Of a stretch of DNA of 64,000 nucleotides, positions 1 through 9,748 are shown one piece after another. The notes below the pieces were generated by a model that worked only from the letters and a program-made list of their open reading frames with translations, made no database searches and was not told where the DNA came from. Position numbers and translations under genes: made by a program. Source of the DNA: Candidatus Amesbacteria bacterium RIFCSPLOWO2_01_FULL_48_25 (GTDB lineage: Bacteria > Patescibacteriota > Microgenomatia > CAZETR01 > Amesbacteraceae); contig MEXN01000007.1 of assembly GCA_001773695.1 (NCBI GenBank), positions 47,388-111,387 on the forward strand. Reading direction: 5' to 3'. Positions within the stretch are counted from its first letter, which is position 1. Every line of letters starts with the position of its first letter.

Positions 1-176
1 CCACTTGGCAAAATCCTCATCATTAATCAGGTTGGATTTTTCTAACTTGGAGATAGTTTGATTAATTGAAGTGGTGTCGGATGTTTTGGTTTTGAGAAAA
101 CGTTCTACTTCGGCGCGGCTTCTGGGACGGAATGACAAAAACTTAAGCGCGCTATCGATAAGGTTCACTATATTTA
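1..176 (-). CDS. recX: Regulatory protein RecX, N-terminal part. The gene continues beyond the window start. Putative GTG start at 174-176.
   Basis: Minus-strand frame is open from 176 to position 1. It translates to VNLIDSALKFLSFRPRSRAEVERFLKTK..., which is RecX-like. It lies immediately downstream of recA, the usual recA-recX arrangement. Confidence 0.5.
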
Positions 177-178
177 TT

Positions 179-1216
179 TTACTCTTCTTCAATTTCCCCT
201 ACTTGTTTAGGCAGGGGGGTTTTACTGGATTTGACGGATTTCCAGATTGCGTCTTCGAGCTGTTTGGCAGCTTTATGATTTTCTTTGAGATAAGAGCGGG
301 CGGCCTCGCGGCCCTGGCCGATAATGGCCTCAGCAAAGTAAATGAAGGCACCTTTTTTGGTAAGGACGCCTAATTCCAGTCCGACGTCAATTAAGCCGCC
401 CTCTCTGGAGATGCCGCCGTCATTTAGAATATCGAACTCGGCGACTCTAAAGGGTGGGGCGACCTTGTTTTTGACGATTCTGGCCCGGTGGCGGGAACCG
501 ATAGCAAGGTCACCGTCTTTTAGGGTTTCAATTTTCCGGACGTCGATGCGGACGGAGGCATAAAATTTGAGCGCCATACCACCAGGGGTAGTTTCGGGGT
601 TGCCGAACATGACCCCGATCTTCATCCGAAGCTGGTTCGTAAAAATGACGACGGTTTTGCTTTTGGAAATGGCGCCGGTAATTTTCCTTAGAGCCTGGGA
701 CATAAGCCGGGCCTGGACGCCCATGACGCTGTCTCCCATTTCGCCTTCGATTTCTGATCGGGGGACGAGGGCAGCTACTGAGTCGATAACGATAACGTCG
801 ATGGCCCCGGAACGAATGAGGGTTTCGACAATTTCTAAGGCTTGCTCGCCGGTATCGGGTTGGGAAATGTATAAATTGTCCAGGTCAACGCCAATTGCCT
901 CTGCTCGGGAGGGATCGAGAGCGTGCTCGGCGTCGATAAAAGCGGCGGTGCCACCAGCTTTTTGAGCCTGGGCGATACAGTGCAAGGCAATTGTGGTTTT
1001 ACCGGAAGCTTCGGGACCGTAAATTTCGGTAATGCGGCCGCGGGGAAATCCACCGATGCCCAGGGCAATATCAATAGCAATTGAACCCGTAGAAATAACC
1101 TCGACATTAAATTTGTCCCCTTTTTCGCCAAACTTCATGATCGAACCTTTGCCAAACTGTTTTTCAATCTGTTCCATGGCGATTTTAATCGCCTGAAGTT
1201 TTTGGTCTAATGCCAT
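179..1216 (-). CDS. recA: Recombinase RecA
   Basis: 345 aa. P-loop GPEASGKTT and the RecA signature [10 protein letters not shown] are present. The whole length is RecA-like. Confidence 0.97.
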   Translation of the reverse strand: MALDQKLQAIKIAMEQIEKQFGKGSIMKFGEKGDKFNVEVISTGSIAIDIALGIGGFPRGRITEIYGPEASGKTTIALHCIAQAQKAGGTAAFIDAEHALDPSRAEAIGVDLDNLYISQPDTGEQALEIVETLIRSGAIDVIVIDSVAALVPRSEIEGEMGDSVMGVQARLMSQALRKITGAISKSKTVVIFTNQLRMKIGVMFGNPETTPGGMALKFYASVRIDVRKIETLKDGDLAIGSRHRARIVKNKVAPPFRVAEFDILNDGGISREGGLIDVGLELGVLTKKGAFIYFAEAIIGQGREAARSYLKENHKAAKQLEDAIWKSVKSSKTPLPKQVGEIEEE

Positions 1217-1261
1217 GCAAGGGCGAATATCGCAGAAGACTTATAAAAAATCAAGGGTGAG

Positions 1262-2053
1262 TTAGCGGTTGGGGGAAGTTTTAGATGAAGTCAGATTCCA
1301 AAACCAAGACAGTGAGTAAAAAAGGAATAGACCCAGACCCAGATAGTTTAGAAATGCGTTGGGAGAGAGGGAGTTAACGGCGGAAACTAAGAGGGGTAAA
1401 ACCGAAGCGTAGATGGTGAGTTTGAAAAAAGTGAGATAGGGCAAGGGGCGGTGAGTGAAACGGCTGATTAGCCAAAATAATCCGGCCCATAAACTGAAGG
1501 AGGATAAACGCAAACTCCAAAAAAATAAAGAAAATGTGAGTGCCCCCACAATGAGTACTGATAAGCCAATGGCCCAAGCGCGTAAAGAGTGTCGGCTGAG
1601 CCAAAAAACCAAATCCGACTTGGAGAGAGAAAAATCACCTACATTTTTGAGAGGCTGAATACGAGTAGAGCTGTCTTGGGATTTGGAAACAATCCGGTCG
1701 CGAAGTACCAATATCCCTGCTGAAAAATCATTAAGCTGGTCTTCGGTACCGGACGGATCTAAAATAATGGCAAAGTCGGAATTGCCCCAGGTGACGGGCG
1801 TGGGTTGGGTAGTGGAAATTTGGTCGTTTTTAATGGCAATGTCGAATTGAGGAACATTAGTCTCTATGAGACGGGGGAGTTGAGGGACGTAGTAAGTAAT
1901 CAGGGAGATGCCAAAAACTATGACGATGACGGCCAAAAGAAGAATATATTTGGTCCAGTACCATAGCACCTGGCGAAGTGATCTGGTGGAAATGACCTTG
2001 CCATAATACTTGTCCTGGAGACTGGTTAAGGTTTCACGAAATGTGGCTAGCAC
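1262..2053 (-). CDS. Hypothetical polytopic membrane protein
   Basis: 263-aa ORF with several hydrophobic segments. No family recognised. Confidence 0.45.
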   Translation of the reverse strand: MLATFRETLTSLQDKYYGKVISTRSLRQVLWYWTKYILLLAVIVIVFGISLITYYVPQLPRLIETNVPQFDIAIKNDQISTTQPTPVTWGNSDFAIILDPSGTEDQLNDFSAGILVLRDRIVSKSQDSSTRIQPLKNVGDFSLSKSDLVFWLSRHSLRAWAIGLSVLIVGALTFSLFFWSLRLSSFSLWAGLFWLISRFTHRPLPYLTFFKLTIYASVLPLLVSAVNSLSPNAFLNYLGLGLFLFYSLSWFWNLTSSKTSPNR

Positions 2054-2092
2054 CGTTTAATTCTAGACTGAGGTAGGGTAAAATACAAATAC

Positions 2093-2163
2093 CGGGGCGG
2101 AGTTTGACGGTAGAACGCGCGCATGGGGTGCGTGTAGAGGCAGTTCAATTCTGCCCGCCCCGA
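2093..2163 (+). tRNA. tRNA-Pro (anticodon GGG), 71 nt, no encoded CCA
   Basis: Hand-folded cloverleaf. Acceptor stem CGGGGCG/CGCCCCG gives a C1-G72 pair with A73 discriminator, as in bacterial tRNA-Pro. D-arm GTTT/GAAC carries GG in its loop. Anticodon stem CGCGC/GCGTG has loop ATGGGGT with U33 and G37. T-arm GGCAG-TTCAATT-CTGCC is canonical. G8 and G14 are non-canonical. Confidence 0.5.
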
Positions 2164-2220
2164 CTGGTTAGCGTTTGGGGGATTGTTCTTCGACTGCGCT
2201 CAGGACTGCAGATTGTAATT

Positions 2221-2631
2221 TTATCGTTTTGGACTTTGCTTTTTGCGGCGGCTCTTGCCGCCCATGCCGACCATCCGCCTTTGGCGAACTCTGGAATCCC
2301 GGGTGAGAAGACCGAGTTTTCGCAAAGGAGATTTATATTCGGCTTTGAGGGAGGAGATAGCCCGGGCGATGCCTAGTGTGAGAGCGTCCAACTGGCCAGT
2401 AGAACCCCCGCCACGGATTTTGGCTTCGACCGAATAGGTTTTGCTTTTGGGTAGGACGGACAGGGGGGAAGTGGCTCGGGTTTTGGCGATGATGGATGAG
2501 AAATAACGGTCCGCCGGCCGGCCGTTGACCACGATACTCCCGTCACCGGCTATTAGCCTGACTTGGGCTACGGCTTCCTTGCGCCGGCCGACGGCTGTGG
2601 CATAAATCTTATTTTTTAAATTGTTTGGCAT
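2221..2631 (-). CDS. rpsI: 30S ribosomal protein S9
   Basis: GRRKEAVAQVRL... with the basic ...SRRKKQSPKR C-terminus. Start trimmed to the second Met so it does not overlap rplM. Confidence 0.9.
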   Translation of the reverse strand: MPNNLKNKIYATAVGRRKEAVAQVRLIAGDGSIVVNGRPADRYFSSIIAKTRATSPLSVLPKSKTYSVEAKIRGGGSTGQLDALTLGIARAISSLKAEYKSPLRKLGLLTRDSRVRQRRMVGMGGKSRRKKQSPKR

Positions 2632-3025
2632 ATGGGTGGTCGGGGCCGGGATAGACATGAAGATGTTTTAACATGCGGTCGTGAAGCTTGTTTTTGGGGA
2701 GCATACCTGATATGGCGTGGGTGATAATCCTGTCGGGGTGGGAAGCTTGGACTTGGGCGTAGGTTAAGACCACCATGCCTCCCGGATAGCCAGAGTGACG
2801 GTGGTAGAGTTTTTGGGCAGATTTCCGGCCGGTGACTTTGACTTTGGCGGCGTTTATTATGACCACGTGGTCACCCATGTCCAGGTGGCGAGAGAAATCT
2901 ACCCTATTTTTGCCCATGAGCAGCCTGGCTATTCTCGTCGCCATGCGGCCTAAAACCTGACCATTGGCGTCTACTAAATGCCAATCACGGTTTATTTGGG
3001 ATAATTTGGGGGAAAGAGTGGGCAT
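2609..3025 (-). CDS. rplM: 50S ribosomal protein L13
   Basis: N-terminal motif DWHLVDANGQVLGRMATRIARLLMGK is the L13 family signature. Confidence 0.9.
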   Translation of the reverse strand: MPTLSPKLSQINRDWHLVDANGQVLGRMATRIARLLMGKNRVDFSRHLDMGDHVVIINAAKVKVTGRKSAQKLYHRHSGYPGGMVVLTYAQVQASHPDRIITHAISGMLPKNKLHDRMLKHLHVYPGPDHPYAKQFKK

Positions 3026-3444
3026 TACTTAGTTGATCGCTTAATTTTCGCCGGGGCAATTGGTTTGGAGGTAGATGGAGGTGTGGCTTTGGGAGAAGTG
3101 AACTCCATACGAACCATGGGGGCATTGTCGCCTGTTCGGTTGCCAAGCTTAGTTAGACGTAAATACCCGCCGGGGCGAGTTTTGAAACGGGGAGCAATTT
3201 CGTGGACCAGTTTTTCTACCAGGGACTTGTCGGTGACTACTGCCTCGATTGCACGGACGTCGGTCAAAGATCCGTGTTTGGCTTTGGTGATGAGATTTTC
3301 GATCAGGGATACGGCGGCTTTGCCTTTGGCTTCGGTAGTTTCTATCGCCTCGGAACGAATAAGTGCCCCGGCGAGCCCCCTTAGAAGAGCTTGCCGCTGA
3401 TTAGTATCGCGATTGAGTTGACGGCCGAAAACGTTGTGGCGCAT
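3025..3444 (-). CDS. rplQ: 50S ribosomal protein L17
   Basis: MRHNVFGRQLNRDTNQRQALLRGLA... is a typical L17 N-terminus. Confidence 0.9.
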   Translation of the reverse strand: MRHNVFGRQLNRDTNQRQALLRGLAGALIRSEAIETTEAKGKAAVSLIENLITKAKHGSLTDVRAIEAVVTDKSLVEKLVHEIAPRFKTRPGGYLRLTKLGNRTGDNAPMVRMEFTSPKATPPSTSKPIAPAKIKRSTK

Positions 3445-3449
3445 GTCAT

Positions 3450-4376
3450 TTAGAGTACAAAGTCAAACCCTCTCTCCTTGAGGGCGATTTCAATAATTTT
3501 GACTGATTTGGAACCTAAGTTCTTGACTTTGGCTAGTTGGGCCTTGGGGAGAGCGGTGAGCTGGGCGACGGTTTCAAGACCCGCTTTTTGGAGAGCGTTG
3601 GCTATACGGGTGGGAAGATCCAATTCCTCGACCGATAGGGACGACCCTGTGGAGGAGGATGGAGATGAGCCTACTGAAGGGCCGGATACGGAAGAGGGAG
3701 TCTGGGGGTTGGCGATGGCCGAAAAATATCCTACTAAAGTCTGGGAAGCTTGGGACAAAGCTCTCGCGGGGGAAACGGTGCCGTTGGTCGTAATATCGAG
3801 AATCAGCTTGTCAAAATTGGTAAAACGGCCAACGCGGGTAGCCTCGACGGAAAAGTTGACCCGGGTGACGGGGGTGAAAGTGGCGTCTGTCGGGACGGCC
3901 CCGACAGTCGTCGATTTTCGGTCATCGGCGGGGGAATAACCCAAACCGGCTTCGACAGTGGCTACTAGTTCCAGTTTGGCAGATTTGTCCGAAAGATGGG
4001 CAACAATTGCTTGGGGATTGGCAATAATTACGTCCGGAGGGAGTTGGAAATCACCGGCTTTAACTTGCCCTGGGCCTTTGGCTGAAAGTTCTATTTGAAC
4101 GGGTGAATCGCCGGAATACTGGAGACGGATTTGCTTTAGGTTCAGGATAACTTGAACCACATCCTCCCTGACCCCGGGGAGAGTGGTGAATTGGTGGTTG
4201 GTGCCGGTTATATTGACGGAGGTGATGGCTGCCCCAGGAATAGAAGTGTAAAGTACCCGGCGAAGCGAATTTCCCAATGTATGCCCGTAACCTTGAGGCA
4301 GGGGCTCGATAGTAAAACGGGCTTGGGTCGGGTGATCGTCTGATTGGATAGTGAATTGGGGGGTGAGTGAGATCAT
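3450..4376 (-). CDS. rpoA: DNA-directed RNA polymerase alpha subunit
   Basis: 308 aa. NTD carries GYGHTLGNSLRRVLY. CTD helix-hairpin-helix region is present. Confidence 0.95.
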   Translation of the reverse strand: MISLTPQFTIQSDDHPTQARFTIEPLPQGYGHTLGNSLRRVLYTSIPGAAITSVNITGTNHQFTTLPGVREDVVQVILNLKQIRLQYSGDSPVQIELSAKGPGQVKAGDFQLPPDVIIANPQAIVAHLSDKSAKLELVATVEAGLGYSPADDRKSTTVGAVPTDATFTPVTRVNFSVEATRVGRFTNFDKLILDITTNGTVSPARALSQASQTLVGYFSAIANPQTPSSVSGPSVGSSPSSSTGSSLSVEELDLPTRIANALQKAGLETVAQLTALPKAQLAKVKNLGSKSVKIIEIALKERGFDFVL

Positions 4377-4428
4377 ATGGGCCTTTTATCGGCAATATGT
4401 CATCATTTTGATGCCATATATCCGATTT

Positions 4429-5028
4429 TCATCGGCTATAAAACTCCACGATTAACTGTTCATCTATAGGGCTGTCGACATCGGTACGAGATGGGAGCGT
4501 GGTTACAACGCCTACTGCTCCCTGACGATCCAGCCAGGCAGGAAGATGGTGGTCGGTACTTTGGAGAAGAGCACTTACTACTGGCGTTTGCATCGCCTTG
4601 GGGCTTAAGGAAATTTGCTGCCCCGTACTAATTTGGAAAGAGGGAATGGTGACTCTTTTCCCATCCAGTCGAACGTGACCGTGGGAAACTAATTGCCGCG
4701 CCATGGCGCGAGTGGGAGCCATTCCCAGACGGTAGACGACGTTGTCCAGGCGCGTTTCTAATAAACGCAGGAGGACTTCGCCTGTCTTGCCGCGAACTTT
4801 AGTGGCCTTCTCAAAGTACTTGCGGAATTGCCGTTCCATTATACCATAAATTCTCTTCGTTTTCTGCTTTTCCCTGAGCCTGACTGCATAATCTGACGGA
4901 CGCCTGGTGCCTTTGGGGCCGTGTTGACCCGGGGGTTGGGTGGCGCGGCGAAGCTTGTTACCACGGCCGAATAGGTCGAAACCTTCACGGCGGGAGAGGC
5001 GATTTTTGGGTTCAGTATAGCGGGCCAT
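4429..5028 (-). CDS. rpsD: 30S ribosomal protein S4
   Basis: MARYTEPKNRLSRREG... followed by an S4 domain. Confidence 0.95.
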   Translation of the reverse strand: MARYTEPKNRLSRREGFDLFGRGNKLRRATQPPGQHGPKGTRRPSDYAVRLREKQKTKRIYGIMERQFRKYFEKATKVRGKTGEVLLRLLETRLDNVVYRLGMAPTRAMARQLVSHGHVRLDGKRVTIPSFQISTGQQISLSPKAMQTPVVSALLQSTDHHLPAWLDRQGAVGVVTTLPSRTDVDSPIDEQLIVEFYSR

Positions 5029-5066
5029 AAATTATCCTTCGACTTCGCTCAGGATGACACTACGTG

Positions 5067-5543
5067 TCACCATCTAAAATGGGCGAAGGCTTTGTTGGCT
5101 TCGGCCATGCGGTGGGTATCTAACTTTTTCTTGACAGCAGCGCCTGAGTTGGCTGCGGCTTCGACTATTTCGGCGCAGAGTTTTTGGGCAAAAGTGGGAT
5201 AAGTGCTGTTGGGACGGGCGAGAGTAGCCATCAATAGCCAACGAATGGCTAAGGAGTCACGGCGATCTGCCCGGACCGGAGTGGGAACCTGGTAGGCCGC
5301 ACCACCGATTCTTCGGGAGCGGACTTCCATTTGGGGCCGGATATTTTCAATTGCAGCGAGAAAGAGGGGCAAGGGTTCTTGTTTGGTTTGAACTCCAAGG
5401 AGTTCAAATGCCTTATAAACTTGTTTTTGGGCCACGGCTTTTTTACCGTCACGCATGGAGCGATTGATCAACTGGGTAACTAGGGAATGATGATAAATCG
5501 GGTCTGGGACAGTCAATTTTTTGGGGGCTGGTTTACTTCTCAT
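5067..5543 (-). CDS. rpsG: 30S ribosomal protein S7
   Basis: S7 family sequence runs from MRSKPAPKK... The ORF-track N-terminal extension overlaps rpsL, so the start is placed at the internal Met. Confidence 0.9.
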   Translation of the reverse strand: MRSKPAPKKLTVPDPIYHHSLVTQLINRSMRDGKKAVAQKQVYKAFELLGVQTKQEPLPLFLAAIENIRPQMEVRSRRIGGAAYQVPTPVRADRRDSLAIRWLLMATLARPNSTYPTFAQKLCAEIVEAAANSGAAVKKKLDTHRMAEANKAFAHFRW

Positions 5544-5550
5544 ATTTTTT

Positions 5551-5985
5551 TTAGGATGCCGTGGCGACACTGGGGCCGACGGTTGCTTTGGTGCCGTAGC
5601 GAGAACGGCCTTGCTTACGGTTTTCGACTCCGATGGCGTCGTACTTGCCACGAACGATATGGTATTTAACTCCGGGTAAATCTTTAACTCGACCGCCACG
5701 AATCATAACGATGGAGTGCTCGGCTATGGTGTGACCGATACCGGGGATGTAGGCTGTGACCTCACTAGAATTGGAAAGACGAACACGGGCGATCTTTCGA
5801 AGGGCCGAATTGGGTTTTTTGGGAGTCATTGTTTTGACTATAGTAACTACTCCTCGTTTAAAAGGATTGAAACCTTCGGTGAAACGGCGGGACTTGGAAT
5901 TGAACGACCGACGGAGGCTGGTAGCCTTGATTTTTTTGGTCTTGGCCTTTCTGCCGTGACGGATAAGTTGATTGATTGTCGGCAT
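5551..5985 (-). CDS. rpsL: 30S ribosomal protein S12
   Basis: [12 protein letters not shown]... and KKPNSALRK motifs. Confidence 0.95.
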   Translation of the reverse strand: MPTINQLIRHGRKAKTKKIKATSLRRSFNSKSRRFTEGFNPFKRGVVTIVKTMTPKKPNSALRKIARVRLSNSSEVTAYIPGIGHTIAEHSIVMIRGGRVKDLPGVKYHIVRGKYDAIGVENRKQGRSRYGTKATVGPSVATAS

Positions 5986-5996
5986 ATGAGAGGGGA

Positions 5997-8900
5997 TTAT
6001 TGTACCAATTTGGCTCGCTCGGGGCTAGTTGGTATAAGCCGGCCAATAATGACGTTTTCTTTGAGTCCAATTAAAGGATCGATCCGGCCTTCGATGGCCG
6101 CGTCGGCCAATTGGGAGGTGGTTTCGATAAACGAGGCGGAGGATAACCAGGATCCGGTTTTGAGGGCGGCCCGGGTGATGCCCAAAACTACAACCTGGGC
6201 AGTGGCTGGTTCGCCGCCGGCGGCTAAAATACGGGCATTTTCTACCTCGAAGCCAGTGCGGTCGATAATATCTCCGGGCAGAAGAGTAGTATCTCCTTGG
6301 GAGAGGACCCGAACCCGGTCGCTCATCTTTCTGACAATTACTTCGAAATGTTTGTCGTGGATGGGCACGCCCTGGGACTCGTATACCAATTGAATCTCTT
6401 CGATGAGGTATTCCTGGGCACCCCTGAGGCCACGAATTTCCAATACTTCTTTAATATCTAATGAACCGGTGGCAAGTTGAGTTCCTGAGTCGACCAGATC
6501 TCCATCGGCTACTTTAAGCTCGGCAGTAAGGGGAATAATATATTCGCGTTCGTCGACAGGTTTGACTGAAGTATTTCGAATCCTAACCTTGTAACCGGAA
6601 TCGGTCTGGGTGACCTCGACCCGCCCGGAAATTTCAGCCAGAGGAGCTACTAATTTGGGAGTCCGGGCTTCGAACAGTTCTTCGATTCTGGGTAGCCCTT
6701 GGGTGACGTCGATGCTGCCTACGGACAGACCACCCCGTTTACCGTGTAAGGTCATTTGTGTTCCCGGCTCGCCGATACTTTGGGCGGCAATGACGCCAAC
6801 CGGGTCGCCAATTGATGCTTGGGCCATGGCACCTAATTGCCAGCTATAGCAGGTAGCGCAAAGGCCGTATTTGGCGTTACATGTTAAAGGCGAGCGAACA
6901 ATTACTTCATTTACTGACTCGGTGTTGATCTGAGATACCTTGTCCTCGTCAAGAACCGTCCCTGCCGGAATGAGGACTTTTTTAGACTTGGGAGAAACTA
7001 TGTCGGAAGCCGTAACGCGGCCAAAAATCCGGGCCGGGAAAGACTTGGCCCTACGGCCGGACCGGAAAATGGAGAGACCGGAAGTGGTACCGCAGTCTTC
7101 CCGGCGGATTATGGCGTCGTGGGCTACGTCTACCAAGCGACGGGTGAGATATCCGGCGTCGGCAGTACGAATAGCAGTGTCGGACAAGCCCTTGCGTTCG
7201 CCACGAGCGGCAGAAACATATTCGAAAGTGGAAAATCCCTCCCGATAGTTACTTTTTAGAGGCAGGTCGACGATCCGGCCCAAGGGGTCAACCACCAGGC
7301 CGCGCATGGCGGAGAGTTGCTTGACCTGTTCACGGGAAACCTTACCCACCTGAGCATCCACCATGAGATGAATGGGGTTAGTTTGATCAATTAATTTCCA
7401 GGTATTGTCGGCCAATATATCCGTGGTTTCCAGCCAGGTTCCTTGGGTGAGGCGTTTTTTCTCCTCGGCGGTAATTAACCCTAATGAAAAGTTTTGTTCG
7501 ATTTCAGCAACTTTGCGATTGGCCCCCGAAATAATCTCGGTTTTGTCCGGCGAAATAACACAGTCGGTAATGCTGACCGAAAGACCGGCTATGGTTCCGG
7601 CCCAGAAACCTAAAGATTTAATATCGTCGATCAGCTTGACGATTACTCCGGGATCGGTCTCGCCGAAGAGGCGGAAAGCCTTGTTGAAAATGGCCACGAC
7701 GGTGGAACGGCGGACGGGTTCGTTTACAAAACGCAGAGGTTCGGGTAGAACCTCGTTAAAGAGCAAGCGGCCAACAGTGGTTTCCACTAAGTGACCCTCT
7801 TGACGGACAAGAACTAGTTGGCGCAATTTGAGAATACCGGTGTGGTAGGCCAGAATGGCTTCCGCGTCTGAGGCCATGGGGGTGGAAGCACTTGGAATTT
7901 GGGAATCTACCGAAGTGAGGTAGTAATTGCCCAAAGCCATTTCTTTGGTGGAAGGAATAGTGATAGGCGTACCGTCGGCCGGTTTTCGAAGATTATTTTG
8001 AGGCATCATGGTGGCAATCACTTCGGCGATAGCCCCCTGGCTTAAAGGAATATGAACGGCCATTTGATCACCGTCGAAATCGGCGTTAAAACCGGGACAA
8101 ACACAGGGGTGGATGCGGATGGCCGAACCCTCAATCAAAATGGGATAAAAGGCCTGGATAGATAACTTGTGCAGGGTAGGGGCCCGATTTAGTAGCACCG
8201 GGTGGTCGCGGGTGATGTCTTCCAAAATATCAAAAACTTCGGGGGGGCGGGTTTCTAGCAAATTCTTGGCTGATTTGACGTTTGGCGCCAGACCCTTAAC
8301 AATCATTTGGCGTAAGACAAACGGCTTGAACATTTCCAGGGCCATGTCCTTGGGGAGTCCACATTGATTGATCTTGAGCTCCGGGCCGACGACGATGACC
8401 GAACGGCCGGAGTAGTCCACCCGCTTGCCCAAAAGGTTTTGACGGAAGCGGCCCTGCTTGCCCCGCAACATGTCCGAAAGAGATTTGGAATGAGCGCTGG
8501 TCGGCAGACGAGTGACCCGAGTGTGTTGGGAAGAGTCGATTAGAGCATCGACGGCTTCCTGGAGCATGCGTTTTTCATTTCTCAAGATTATTTCCGGGGC
8601 TCCCAAATCAATGAGGTGCTTAAGGCGGTTGTTGCGATTTATGACTCGGCGATATAGATCGTTTAGGTCACTGGTCGCAAAGCGGCCCCCGGAGAGCTGA
8701 ACCATGGGACGCAGGTCGGGAGGAATAACAGGTAAGATCTTGATTATCATCCAGACGGGATCGATGCTGGCGCGGCGCAAGCCGTCCACGACTCGAAGGC
8801 GTTTGGTGGCTTTAATGTGGCGTTGTCCGGTAGAATTGGCTACTTCCTCCCTAAGGGTGGCTGAAAGGCTGCCGAGATCTAGAGTTCTGATAACATCCAA

Positions 8901-9743
8901 AATGGCTTCAGCGCCCATGCCAACGCCCACGAATTCCAATGCGTCGTATTCATTGAGTTTGGTGTATTCCTCTTCGGTGATCAGGGAGCCGACGTGCAAG
9001 CTCTGAATAATTTCTATCAGCCGGTCGTAAAGATCGGAAATTTTCTCGGTTTCTGCTAATTCTTGGTCTTTGAGAGCTTGTGTTTGCTGGCGGAATTTGA
9101 GAGAGAGCTGGTCTGTAGCCATGACTTGGGCATCGATATTTAAGGCTTGGCCTGAAAGCTCGGCTACATCTTTTTGTTCTTCTTTTCGGAGAGCAGTTGC
9201 TTGGGCCGTTAGTGATTTATGGATTTCATCTTTTTTTCGACTAGCATCTTTGGCTAATCGTTCGATAGCTAGGTCTTTTTGCTTGGAATCGCAGGAGGTA
9301 ACGATGTACTGGGCAAAGTAGATAACTGATTCCAAAGCTTTGGGGGAGACGTCCAAAAGCAGGCTTAGGCGACTAGGGGCTCCTTTGAAATACCAAACGT
9401 GGGCTACCGGGGAAGCTAGGGTAATATGACCCATGCGCTCGCGGCGAACCCGAGAGTGGGTGACTTCCACACCACATTTGTCACAGGTGATGCCTTTGTA
9501 TCGAATGCGTTTGTATTTACCACAGTAACATTCCCAGTCTTTGACCGGACCAAAAATGCGTTCGTCAAATAGTCCGTCTTTTTCGGGCCGAAGAGTGCGG
9601 TAGTTGATGGTTTCCGGCTTGGAGATCTCGCCATATGACCAAGACTTGACCACATCGGGAGAAGCCAATTTGAGTTGGAGCGACTGAAAGTCGGTAACGT
9701 TTTTGAAAGTGTCCTGATGATCTGGATTAATTTTGGCTGGCAT
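5997..9743 (-). CDS. rpoC: DNA-directed RNA polymerase beta' subunit
   Basis: 1248 aa. Zn-binding CxxC...CxxC region near the N-terminus. The NADFDGD catalytic motif is present. Confidence 0.97.
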   Translation of the reverse strand: MPAKINPDHQDTFKNVTDFQSLQLKLASPDVVKSWSYGEISKPETINYRTLRPEKDGLFDERIFGPVKDWECYCGKYKRIRYKGITCDKCGVEVTHSRVRRERMGHITLASPVAHVWYFKGAPSRLSLLLDVSPKALESVIYFAQYIVTSCDSKQKDLAIERLAKDASRKKDEIHKSLTAQATALRKEEQKDVAELSGQALNIDAQVMATDQLSLKFRQQTQALKDQELAETEKISDLYDRLIEIIQSLHVGSLITEEEYTKLNEYDALEFVGVGMGAEAILDVIRTLDLGSLSATLREEVANSTGQRHIKATKRLRVVDGLRRASIDPVWMIIKILPVIPPDLRPMVQLSGGRFATSDLNDLYRRVINRNNRLKHLIDLGAPEIILRNEKRMLQEAVDALIDSSQHTRVTRLPTSAHSKSLSDMLRGKQGRFRQNLLGKRVDYSGRSVIVVGPELKINQCGLPKDMALEMFKPFVLRQMIVKGLAPNVKSAKNLLETRPPEVFDILEDITRDHPVLLNRAPTLHKLSIQAFYPILIEGSAIRIHPCVCPGFNADFDGDQMAVHIPLSQGAIAEVIATMMPQNNLRKPADGTPITIPSTKEMALGNYYLTSVDSQIPSASTPMASDAEAILAYHTGILKLRQLVLVRQEGHLVETTVGRLLFNEVLPEPLRFVNEPVRRSTVVAIFNKAFRLFGETDPGVIVKLIDDIKSLGFWAGTIAGLSVSITDCVISPDKTEIISGANRKVAEIEQNFSLGLITAEEKKRLTQGTWLETTDILADNTWKLIDQTNPIHLMVDAQVGKVSREQVKQLSAMRGLVVDPLGRIVDLPLKSNYREGFSTFEYVSAARGERKGLSDTAIRTADAGYLTRRLVDVAHDAIIRREDCGTTSGLSIFRSGRRAKSFPARIFGRVTASDIVSPKSKKVLIPAGTVLDEDKVSQINTESVNEVIVRSPLTCNAKYGLCATCYSWQLGAMAQASIGDPVGVIAAQSIGEPGTQMTLHGKRGGLSVGSIDVTQGLPRIEELFEARTPKLVAPLAEISGRVEVTQTDSGYKVRIRNTSVKPVDEREYIIPLTAELKVADGDLVDSGTQLATGSLDIKEVLEIRGLRGAQEYLIEEIQLVYESQGVPIHDKHFEVIVRKMSDRVRVLSQGDTTLLPGDIIDRTGFEVENARILAAGGEPATAQVVVLGITRAALKTGSWLSSASFIETTSQLADAAIEGRIDPLIGLKENVIIGRLIPTSPERAKLVQ

Positions 9744-9748
9744 AATTT

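Noticed and set aside
835-1131. 98-aa alternative-frame ORF within recA
   Set aside because: Internal out-of-frame ORF of a well-supported gene. Pro/Leu-rich nonsense.
2104-2376. 90-aa plus-strand ORF overlapping the tRNA-Pro and the 3' end of rpsI
   Set aside because: It lies antisense to a conserved ribosomal gene and across a tRNA, with no recognisable family. It is most likely a spurious or shadow ORF.
5716-6393. 225-aa plus-strand ORF antisense to rpsL/rpoC
   Set aside because: Shadow ORF opposite highly conserved coding sequence. Low-complexity translation.
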